DNA of 38,361 nt from Promethearchaeota archaeon (lineage in GTDB: Archaea; Asgardarchaeota; Lokiarchaeia; Sigyniarchaeales; SOKP01): the NCBI GenBank assembly GCA_048939995.1, contig JBHLOY010000016.1, positions 1-38,361 on the forward strand. Reading direction: 5' to 3'. The notes beneath the pieces are model-generated. The model made no database searches. It saw only the letters and a list, made by a program, of their open reading frames with translations, and had not been told where the DNA came from. Shown here one piece after another: positions 20,102-28,203 of the stretch. A program made the translations under genes and the position numbers. Numbering within the stretch: position 1 is the stretch's first letter; every line of letters begins with the position of its first letter.

Positions 20102-21571
20102 ATGGAAAAGTCAGTGAGCATACGGTTATTAGGTGGTGTAAATGAAGTAGGGGGAAACATCATCTTCTTGGAAGACTTTAATTATGGCGTGAAATTAATT
20201 TTGGACTTTGGTGTAAATATCAGAAGATTTAAAGGATTATATGAAAAGGGAGGGCATCCATCGTCTATTGAAGAATTGATAGCATTTCATGTAATTCCGA
20301 GCGAAAAGAATCTTCTGATTGAGAATTTCTATACGAAACAAGTTGGACCTTATAATCAAAGGCTCAAAGATAGAGATTTCCCTACAAATTTGGATGCAAT
20401 TTTAATCTCACACCCCCATAAGGACCATTTTTTGGGGCTAGCATTTATAAACCGTGAAATTCCAATTTACACGGGTGTTGTTACCAAAAAAATCATTATG
20501 GCTTTCTATAAGTCGACTAAGAAAACATTAGAAAACAATTTTAAAGGACTGAATTGGCACACGTTTAGGACCGGGGATACATTGGATATTAATGGCGTGA
20601 AAATAGTCCCTTTTCACGTGGATCATTCGATCCCTGCGGCATATGGCTTTATAATTTATAGTTCAGCGGGGTCTATAGTTTATACAGGTGATTTTCGAAT
20701 GCATGGCCCTTTATCCCATATGACAGAAGAATTTCTTGGGGAAATTGGCTCTAATACGCTGTATTTATCTCAACCAGATTTAACCGAAGAAAACAAGAAT
20801 TTAATCTCAAGTGGAGTCAAAGTTTTGATTTGCGAGGGAACAAAGATTAACAAGGGAGTGGTGGAATCTGAAGAATCGGTCAAATCAAATCTACAAAGAT
20901 TATTCAAGAGAAATCCTTTTGATTATATTTTAGTGAAGTATGATCGAATCGATTGGGATCGATTTAGGACGTTTTCAGATATAGCTAGAGAACATGGTTG
21001 GAAGTACATAATTACCGAAAGAGATGCATATTTCTATTATCTTTTGAATAAGGATGCAATTCATGAAACAATGATGGATCCTAATATTCTAAAGGATGAG
21101 CATATTTATATATTAAAAAAGGGACAGGCAAGATATAATTGGCAGAGTAATATCCGTCAAGCAATCTACAAACAAAGACAAGAAGAACGTTTTCTTCAAT
21201 ATAGTCAACTAAATGATTTAAAGAAGAATTATTTTATCTACATTACGCATCTTTATGATGATTTGATGAAGAACCTAAATTTTAAGCTGAAGGGGTTATT
21301 TATTTCATCGAGTATTGACCCATATGTTGAAGAGTTTTATGATAATACTAATACCATTTGTAATCGATTGTTGAATATTGGAATACCTGCATATCGGATT
21401 CATGCATCAGGGCATGCGACGTCTCATGATTTGATTCATTTCATAAATAAAGTCAATCCTCAATATCTTATTCCGATACATACAGATAATAGTGATTTCT
21501 TTATGAAATTCTTTAAAAATTCAGAGATTGATGTTATAATACCTGAATTAAACAAATCCTTAGAATTCTAA
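20102..21571 (+). CDS. MBL-fold beta-CASP metallo-hydrolase (RNase J-like)
   Basis: GGVNEVGGN, LDFG, SHPHKDH, VDHSIP, YTGDFR, CEGT, HASGHA and PIH motifs; GGAGG ribosome-binding site. Confidence 0.9.
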   Translation: MEKSVSIRLLGGVNEVGGNIIFLEDFNYGVKLILDFGVNIRRFKGLYEKGGHPSSIEELIAFHVIPSEKNLLIENFYTKQVGPYNQRLKDRDFPTNLDAILISHPHKDHFLGLAFINREIPIYTGVVTKKIIMAFYKSTKKTLENNFKGLNWHTFRTGDTLDINGVKIVPFHVDHSIPAAYGFIIYSSAGSIVYTGDFRMHGPLSHMTEEFLGEIGSNTLYLSQPDLTEENKNLISSGVKVLICEGTKINKGVVESEESVKSNLQRLFKRNPFDYILVKYDRIDWDRFRTFSDIAREHGWKYIITERDAYFYYLLNKDAIHETMMDPNILKDEHIYILKKGQARYNWQSNIRQAIYKQRQEERFLQYSQLNDLKKNYFIYITHLYDDLMKNLNFKLKGLFISSSIDPYVEEFYDNTNTICNRLLNIGIPAYRIHASGHATSHDLIHFINKVNPQYLIPIHTDNSDFFMKFFKNSEIDVIIPELNKSLEF

Positions 21572-21586
21572 TTAAAAGGCTTTTTT

Positions 21587-23050
21587 TTAAAAAAAACCTA
21601 GTCCAGATAAAACTCGAAGTATTAATATGCTTAAAGAAATTAGTGGTGAAAGAATTACAAATAATGTTCTTTTCATTTTATTTGGAAAGTCATAGCTCCA
21701 AGTTCCAAGAGATTTAACATTTTCAATATTCATTTCGATTCTTGAAATATCATTCAAAATTACACTTCTTGACTCCCATTCTAGCTTATCATCCGGAGAT
21801 CTTTGATCTAACATCATTATATAATACAAATACTCAAGACGTGAAGCCAAAGTATAATATAAATCAATTAGCTCGTTTTTAAATTCCTTTAAAATTTTAT
21901 GAATATACCACTGGGGAAAAATGAAAATTATGACTGCAATGAATATTAAAATAGTTGCTAATATAGTAAATAAATTAAAGTAGAAAATGACAAGTGAACT
22001 TTGAATAAAATTTAACCAATTTATTACACCAAGTGCCAATTCAAATAGTATTAAGAAAATAATTAATGATATTGAAATGTTAAATAAAAATTCTCCAATC
22101 ATCCTATTAGCTCGTTGGAATTCAAAATAAGTTTTTCCACTAAATTTGAGATTTTGATGAGTTTCTTGCCCAGAAAAATGCTCTTTTTCCTTTGTAATTA
22201 AGTTAATACTTTTTTGATAGTTAAAAGCGTCTATTACTTTTTTAATAATGGATATTAACATCTCTTTATAAGGAGTTATACTAAGACTTATTGGGTCGTG
22301 ACCAAGACTCCCTAAATGAAACAACCCATAGATTAACGCTCCGAAAAATGTTATTGTTTGAAATATGATTAAATCTATTCCTAAATTACGTAGCAGATTA
22401 AAAACTGTGGTCCATTCTGGTAATGGTGCTAAAAGCATACTAAGATAAAAGGGTACATTAGTCAGCATAATAATATCATATATTAATTTTCCAACAAAAC
22501 AAATAAATCCTAGATATACCCAAACAGCACTATAAACCTTTTCAAAAGATCGCACTGAAAATTTAACAAATTCCAATTTATTAATAAATAAGCTCATGAT
22601 CTTTTCTTTTTCTTTACCATATGGTCTTAAAAGATTATCAAATTTATTAAGAGAATATCCTATTAATTTTGTTATAAATATTGTAAATATTGTAAAAAAC
22701 AAATATAGCCAAAAATCATTCCAGAATGCAACCCACATTAATTGTGGATATCCATATATCAAATACAATAGAGGATAAGCTATAAGAGGGATTCCAAAGA
22801 AAATTATTGCTAAAACAATAGTGGGTTTCAATTTCCAACCTATCCCAACTTTCCTATAAGGCGACCAATCCTCACCTGGAGCAGTATCAAATCTCCAAGC
22901 ATGATGAAAAGGTTTTTGGGGAACCAACTTAGCAATCTTTCTAAAATCAGTACCGTATTTCTTATCATCCTCTCGCTTTTTCACATAATTTTCAAATGTT
23001 TCGTTATCTTCAAGGCGAATTTCTTGAAACTTTCTGTCTCTCTTTCTCAT
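21587..23050 (-). CDS. Polytopic membrane protein of unknown function
   Basis: About 7 hydrophobic segments in 487 aa. Confidence 0.8.
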   Translation of the reverse strand: MRKRDRKFQEIRLEDNETFENYVKKREDDKKYGTDFRKIAKLVPQKPFHHAWRFDTAPGEDWSPYRKVGIGWKLKPTIVLAIIFFGIPLIAYPLLYLIYGYPQLMWVAFWNDFWLYLFFTIFTIFITKLIGYSLNKFDNLLRPYGKEKEKIMSLFINKLEFVKFSVRSFEKVYSAVWVYLGFICFVGKLIYDIIMLTNVPFYLSMLLAPLPEWTTVFNLLRNLGIDLIIFQTITFFGALIYGLFHLGSLGHDPISLSITPYKEMLISIIKKVIDAFNYQKSINLITKEKEHFSGQETHQNLKFSGKTYFEFQRANRMIGEFLFNISISLIIFLILFELALGVINWLNFIQSSLVIFYFNLFTILATILIFIAVIIFIFPQWYIHKILKEFKNELIDLYYTLASRLEYLYYIMMLDQRSPDDKLEWESRSVILNDISRIEMNIENVKSLGTWSYDFPNKMKRTLFVILSPLISLSILILRVLSGLGFF

Positions 23051-23239
23051 AGTGGATTTCGGGATTAAATAATTTTATACAATATTGTGAAATTACCTAA
23101 ATTAATATATAAATTCTTCGATTTATAGTATACTATTCAAAACCGGTTCAAATGGAAACTCAAATTCTGTAGGTTTATTCGTGTTTAAGGCTTATATCAA
23201 TGGAGTAGATCCTAAGGTTAGAACAAAAAGTAATACGCT

Positions 23240-23746
23240 TCAAAAAATAATAGGTGAAGGGAAATCATTTCTTAATACCACGGTTTCTCCTAGATCAATG
23301 CTATGTTCATTTAGCCACGATTCAGGTAGCGCAATCCTCATTTGGTCGCTTTCTTCTTCCTCAAATTCCAGTAATACTTCTAGTTTTAATTTGCTTTTGT
23401 TAGTGCTTGCTTGATAAAAGCAGCTCATTAATTTAATTATTTGGCTGATATATTCTTTATCAAGATAATGATATGTATTATTAGCAAGTGATTGGATTAC
23501 ATCTCGTAAAAGCCAGTAATTATTGGCAATTTCTTGGAAATATGGTAGGAGGATGAATTTATCCAAAAATCTCTTGTTAGATTGATCTTGAAAGAGGCTG
23601 CTTATTTTGATATATCTACCAGGTAATAGATCATATTTCTTGATAGTTTCTTGGTTGACAATAACTATATTCTCAAAATTTATGATACTAGCAGTTACTT
23701 TGGCTAGAAACCAACTATATTTCCGAGAAATTATACTTCCTTTCAA
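23240..23746 (-). CDS. Hypothetical protein, possible double-psi beta-barrel (CDC48 N-domain-like)
   Basis: Two pseudo-symmetric motifs, VIVNQETIKKYDLLPGRYIKI and IALPESWLNEHSIDLGETVVL. Confidence 0.55.
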   Translation of the reverse strand: MKGSIISRKYSWFLAKVTASIINFENIVIVNQETIKKYDLLPGRYIKISSLFQDQSNKRFLDKFILLPYFQEIANNYWLLRDVIQSLANNTYHYLDKEYISQIIKLMSCFYQASTNKSKLKLEVLLEFEEEESDQMRIALPESWLNEHSIDLGETVVLRNDFPSPIIF

Positions 23747-23808
23747 TCCAAGTTAAATAATCCTATTTCATGTATATAAATTTATTTGTTTATTAAAAAA
23801 AGAAAAAA

Positions 23809-23967
23809 AATGTAGGGATCTAACAGAATTCATTGATAAAATATAAAATTATATTATTTCAACTGTTTGTTGAAATTTTATAAAAACTTATCATTTGTTA
23901 TTAACATCAAAAAATTGTTGCTCTTTTATGATTTAAATTTTCGAACTTCTTTTTGCACCCCTACATT
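23809..23967. repeat. Nested inverted repeat (MITE-like or transposon-end structure) upstream of tnpB
   Basis: aatgtaggg (23809-23817) / ccctacatt (23959-23967); inner arms tgataa/ttatca, tataaaat/attttata and atttcaac/gttgaaat. Confidence 0.55.
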
Positions 23968-24052
23968 AATTCTTAAAATGCCATGAGCATTAAAGTCAAC
24001 AAAACATCGGAAACATTTTTCTTTAAAAAGGTTGAGGAAGAGAGATAAATAG

Positions 24053-25573
24053 ATGAAACAAACTACAAAATTTCGATTAAATCCGACGGTCTCGCAAGAG
24101 AGTAAATTATGTGAAATCTTTACTATTTATAATAAAGTAAAGCGAGTTGGATATAAATTATTTTATGAATTAAGAGATATGGATTTATCTAAAAATGAAA
24201 GACGTAAAATTATCCAACCTCAATTAATGGAACTTTGCCGGAATAATCCTTATGTAAATAGCATTCTAATCGACTGTGAGACAAAGTTAACTCAACAAGA
24301 AGCATGGCTTGAAAAGCGAGAAAGGTTCCTCACAAATCAAATCGAAACAATTAAGAAGAAAATAGCGAGGATTTTGGAAAAGGATACCAAGGATAGACGG
24401 TTAAAAGGACTTTATTCTCGGTTATCCTCTGCTGAAAACAAATTAATTACCATACAATTCAAACCTGTGTTATTTGGTACAAAGAGACTATTCAGAAAGC
24501 GACTATTACGAAAAATAAGTAAAGTTGAGTTTAGAATTCGAAGAGACTCATCGTTTTGTTGTGTAGGCAAAAGGAAAGGAGTTAATCTGAACTTGAAAGT
24601 CCTTCCCGACATGGCTTTAAAAGTAAGGACATTCTCTAAAGAGAAAGGAAAGAAATGGTTAATAATTCCCTTTACAATCAATTTCACTCAAGAAAAGTGG
24701 TTCAATGAAATACTTGGTTTAGAACTCTACAAAGTAGAAGTGATAAGGAGGCTCTATAAAGGAAGAGTCCGCTATTTTGCACATGTTTCCTACGAGACCG
24801 CAGAAGAAGAGCCTCTCCACGGTTTTGAAAATGGAGCGATTGGGCTTGACATGAATTACAATTTTGTTTCCCTTAGTAATGTGGATATACATGGGAACTT
24901 TAAGAGTTATCATGAAATAAAATTTGGAAATTTACATTCTTATCGTAGTAATAAGCGAAATGATTTTATTAGCTATAAAATGAACAAAGTGGTGAATTAT
25001 TGTATTCATAAAAATAAAGGATTGGTTATTGAAGACCTTTCTTTTGAACAAGAGTTCTCTTATGGAAAAAAACGCAATAGAAAATTAAATAATTTTAAAA
25101 CATCAGCATTAGATTTGTTAGAACGAAAATGCCTTAAACGAGGTGTTGCAATCAGGATAATACATCCTGCATACACTTCTTTAATTGGCAAGTATAAATA
25201 TTCACGTTTATATAACTTCTCTACTCATGTATTGGCAAGTTATGTAATAGCTCGAAAAGGTTTGGAGTTTAAGGAAGAGATTCCAGTCCGCTACAAGTGG
25301 TTGCTTGCACAAGTCGGGGACGCCATAAAACCCCGTTTGAAACCAAACAGTCCCTACCGTGAATGGGCTAAATTTCATGATTTTTTCAAGCATAGCAGGA
25401 TAACGTCCTTCAAGACTTCCGAAGTAATGAAAAAAGTATTACAAATGAAGTATGTCTTGAATTCGGTGACGAACGCACAGCCTGATAACCTTAGGGCTGG
25501 TCTTTCCACTACCGGAAAGATTGATGATTGGAATAAATTTTGGAATTTTGTAGAAATTGCCAATTTTTTATAA
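24053..25573 (+). CDS. tnpB: TnpB-family (IS200/IS605/IS607-related) RNA-guided nuclease-like protein; variant lacking the zinc finger, with His at RuvC-III
   Basis: RuvC-I IGLDMNY; RuvC-II LVIEDLSF; HPAYTSLIGKYKY...STHVLASYVIARKG; no CxxC pairs; no adjacent transposase. Confidence 0.9.
   Translation: MKQTTKFRLNPTVSQESKLCEIFTIYNKVKRVGYKLFYELRDMDLSKNERRKIIQPQLMELCRNNPYVNSILIDCETKLTQQEAWLEKRERFLTNQIETIKKKIARILEKDTKDRRLKGLYSRLSSAENKLITIQFKPVLFGTKRLFRKRLLRKISKVEFRIRRDSSFCCVGKRKGVNLNLKVLPDMALKVRTFSKEKGKKWLIIPFTINFTQEKWFNEILGLELYKVEVIRRLYKGRVRYFAHVSYETAEEEPLHGFENGAIGLDMNYNFVSLSNVDIHGNFKSYHEIKFGNLHSYRSNKRNDFISYKMNKVVNYCIHKNKGLVIEDLSFEQEFSYGKKRNRKLNNFKTSALDLLERKCLKRGVAIRIIHPAYTSLIGKYKYSRLYNFSTHVLASYVIARKGLEFKEEIPVRYKWLLAQVGDAIKPRLKPNSPYREWAKFHDFFKHSRITSFKTSEVMKKVLQMKYVLNSVTNAQPDNLRAGLSTTGKIDDWNKFWNFVEIANFL
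25315..25521 (+). ncRNA. Candidate omega-RNA scaffold overlapping the tnpB 3' coding region
   Basis: Stems cgggg/ccccg, gtttg/caaac, ttcg/cgaa, cagcc/ggctg and tctttcc/ggaaaga in a locally GC-richer stretch. TnpB omega-RNAs are known to overlap the ORF 3' end. Boundaries are a guess. Confidence 0.4.
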
Positions 25574-25709
25574 ATAATTAGAAGGTTATCAAGCTTTCCA
25601 GATCTTACAAAAAAATTCAATAATTATAAATTAGAATATTTTCATTATGATTAAAAAGGGCTAGAGAAAGTAGCCTCTTAGCAATAGTAAAGTAAAAAGT
25701 GAGATAAAT

Positions 25710-26108
25710 ATGGCAGTTTTGTGTAAAAGATGTGGGAGAGTTTTGAAATCAGCTAAGAGTATTGAATTAGGATATGGTCCCACATGTTATAAAATTATAA
25801 ATCTTCAAGATAATCCCATTAATGTACAAGAAGAAATCAAATTTTTAAAAATGGAAATAAAATTAGTTAAGAATATCATGAGGGAGTTAAGAACCAATAA
25901 TTTTACATCTTGTCAGAATTCCCCAATAATAAAAATAAGAAAAGAAGAAAAAAGACCTGAAAGGGAGATAAATAAAGGTCAAATGATAGAAGTAATTCAA
26001 GAATTAAAGACTTGTTTTCAAACTTGTGATGGAGATGTGAAAAACTTATTGAGACCAATCCAGATTGAACCAAATCTTAACAAATCTTCTCAGTTAGCTA
26101 TTGTTTAA
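25710..26108 (+). CDS. DUF6011-type zinc-finger protein with a coiled coil
   Basis: CKRCGRVLKSAKSIELGYGPTC matches the CxxCGRxL...S...GxGPxC pattern. Confidence 0.8.
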   Translation: MAVLCKRCGRVLKSAKSIELGYGPTCYKIINLQDNPINVQEEIKFLKMEIKLVKNIMRELRTNNFTSCQNSPIIKIRKEEKRPEREINKGQMIEVIQELKTCFQTCDGDVKNLLRPIQIEPNLNKSSQLAIV

Positions 26109-26116
26109 TGGGATTC

Positions 26117-26130
26117 TTTTTTTTTTTTTT
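26117..26130 (+). terminator. Oligo-T archaeal terminator candidate
   Basis: Long T run just after the DUF6011 stop codon. Confidence 0.5.
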
Positions 26131-26358
26131 ATAAATTCACTATATTGTTAATGATTTCATTTTATAAAACATGAATTAAGTACAAACTAAGTATAATTAT
26201 GAAGGATTTTTCTCGTTCCTTTAAACCGAATTTAATTACGGTAATCGAATTTTAAAAAAAGAGTAAAAATCCTAGCCACTAGATTTTAATAAGAAAGTTG
26301 CAATATATTTGAATAATATTTAGCATTGTAATATTTTATAAAGAGGAGTAATGATCTC

Positions 26359-27021
26359 ATGTCTTATGTTTACATGAAATCTTTAGAACATAAAGCTGAG
26401 AAATACGATAAAGGAATAAAATTGTTAACTTTGGGTAAACTAATAAAAGTTGAACAATATCTTGTTGAGAATTATCTTCTAAAGAATGATATTATTTTAG
26501 ATATTGGAATGGGAACCGGAACTCTGGCAATCTTAGCTGCTAAAAAAGGGGCTAAAGTCATAGGGATAGACAATTCAAAAAAAATGTTAGAAGTAGCCAG
26601 TAAAAAAATATCCGATGAAGGATTAAATCAAGAAATCGAGATTATGCATAAATCCGTAATAGAAATGGATGATACGTTTAATACCAAATCTTTTGATAAA
26701 ATAGTTGCCATTTTACTCTTTAGTGAATTATATGAAAAGGAACAAGAATTTTGTTTAAAACAAATAAATCGAATTCTAAAGGATAATGGGGAATTTTTTT
26801 TGATTGATGAGGTGAAACCAAAGAGGCTATGGAAAAAGGTTATTTATTTTATGATACGGGTTCCCTTAGCACTTATAACATTCCTTAGAACGCAATTAAC
26901 AACATCAGCTTTAGTAAATTTTGAAAAAAAATTAGCACAAAATGGATTTTCAATTGTAGAAGAAAAATTGTATCTCTTAGATACTTTAAAATTAATGAGA
27001 CTTAAGAAAGAAATATATTGA
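26359..27021 (+). CDS. cpaM: Class I SAM-dependent methyltransferase (corrinoid-protein-associated, CpaM-like)
   Basis: ILDIGMGTG motif I, VIGID, SFDKI; N-terminus YMKSLE...YDKGIKLLTLG; lies directly upstream of a corrinoid protein. The symbol comes from recall of this family and its context. Confidence 0.8.
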   Translation: MSYVYMKSLEHKAEKYDKGIKLLTLGKLIKVEQYLVENYLLKNDIILDIGMGTGTLAILAAKKGAKVIGIDNSKKMLEVASKKISDEGLNQEIEIMHKSVIEMDDTFNTKSFDKIVAILLFSELYEKEQEFCLKQINRILKDNGEFFLIDEVKPKRLWKKVIYFMIRVPLALITFLRTQLTTSALVNFEKKLAQNGFSIVEEKLYLLDTLKLMRLKKEIY

Positions 27022-27057
27022 AAAAATCAAATAAAGATCAATTTTTGAACGAAAAAT

Positions 27058-28155
27058 ATGAAAGTTGGAAATAGTTTAAAATTAATAGGGAGCTTTCTTT
27101 TTAGGTGGATCGGTTTTCCTATTGAGCCTCAATTAATGAAAATCGGGAACCCTAATAGTGAAAGTCCTGTTTTATTAACATGCAACTTTGCTTTAACTGT
27201 TAAGAGAGTTCTAAAAGCTATTCAGGGGCTAAACTGTTATCTTTTAATTGCTCCCTCTAATGGAATTAACGTCTGGTGTGGCGCATGTGGTGATGATTTT
27301 AATACAGATTCAGTTTTGTCAATTATTAAGACAAGTGGAATTGATAATTTAGTTTCTCACAGAAGCTTAATTCTACCTCAATTGAGTGCGCCAGGAATTG
27401 ATCCTATTATTATAAAGGAAAAAGTTGGATGGGAAGTCAAGTTTGGTCCTGTTTATGCTATAGATATTCCAGAATATATTGAAAGCAATTATCACAAATC
27501 AGATAATCAGAGTATTGTAAAGTTTCCTATTTCCCAAAAATTAGAGATTGGAACGATGTATTTTTTTACTTTATTTCTGCTATTTTCAGTGGTTTATTGG
27601 ATTTTAGCCACTTTTTTGCCAATTCTAAATATTATCCTATATATATCTAGTCTTTTTATTTTTATAGGGATTATTTATGGTTCTCTAATAATATTACCTA
27701 GCATTCAAACGAAGACGGGGAAGTTAAAAATATGGATATATGAAATAATAATAATCATATTAATCCTTACATTCAATTTATTCATAATCAAATCTCTATT
27801 CATTCTTATCTGGGAATTGCTTCTATCCTTGTTTTTAACATTAATTATGGCAGAAGATTTTCATGGTTTAACTCCTATTTATAAGAGCGAATTAGGGGAA
27901 AAAAAATGGAAACAAGGTAAAAAGAAGATGAGATTTCTATTTGAAGAATATAAGTTACAACCTTATGGACAAATCTATATTGAGAGAGAAAAATGTATTG
28001 GATGCAGATTATGTATTGAAGTATGTCCAAGAAGCGTATATCTCTTTAATGAAGAAAATAAGAAGGCAATTTTACAATTTCCATCTAAATGCATCAATTG
28101 CAATGCCTGTATAAATAGATGTTTAGCGAATTGTTTAAGTCTGAAATTGCCTTAG
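27058..28155 (+). CDS. hgcAB: HgcAB-like fusion protein: HgcA/CdhD-type corrinoid domain + TM helices + 2x[4Fe-4S] ferredoxin
   Basis: IGNPNSESPVLLTCNF, GINVWCGACG, LILPQLSAPGI, FGPVYAIDIPEY; about 4 TM helices; CIGCRLCIEVCP and CINCNACINRC. Mercury methylation is not established. Confidence 0.9.
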   Translation: MKVGNSLKLIGSFLFRWIGFPIEPQLMKIGNPNSESPVLLTCNFALTVKRVLKAIQGLNCYLLIAPSNGINVWCGACGDDFNTDSVLSIIKTSGIDNLVSHRSLILPQLSAPGIDPIIIKEKVGWEVKFGPVYAIDIPEYIESNYHKSDNQSIVKFPISQKLEIGTMYFFTLFLLFSVVYWILATFLPILNIILYISSLFIFIGIIYGSLIILPSIQTKTGKLKIWIYEIIIIILILTFNLFIIKSLFILIWELLLSLFLTLIMAEDFHGLTPIYKSELGEKKWKQGKKKMRFLFEEYKLQPYGQIYIEREKCIGCRLCIEVCPRSVYLFNEENKKAILQFPSKCINCNACINRCLANCLSLKLP

Positions 28156-28203
28156 GGGGGTTTAGATTGATTATTTCTTGAAAGTGAGGGAGTATCCTAC
28201 ATT

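Noticed and set aside
24053-26108. Possible Cas12f/CRISPR locus
   Set aside because: No repeat-spacer array or cas1/cas2 in the window; the 38-bp and 50-bp repeats occur only twice and kilobases apart.
27058-28155. Calling the organism a mercury methylator
   Set aside because: The cap helix deviates from NVWCAAGK, the gene is a fusion, and the HgcB terminal CC is absent; sequence alone cannot support the activity.
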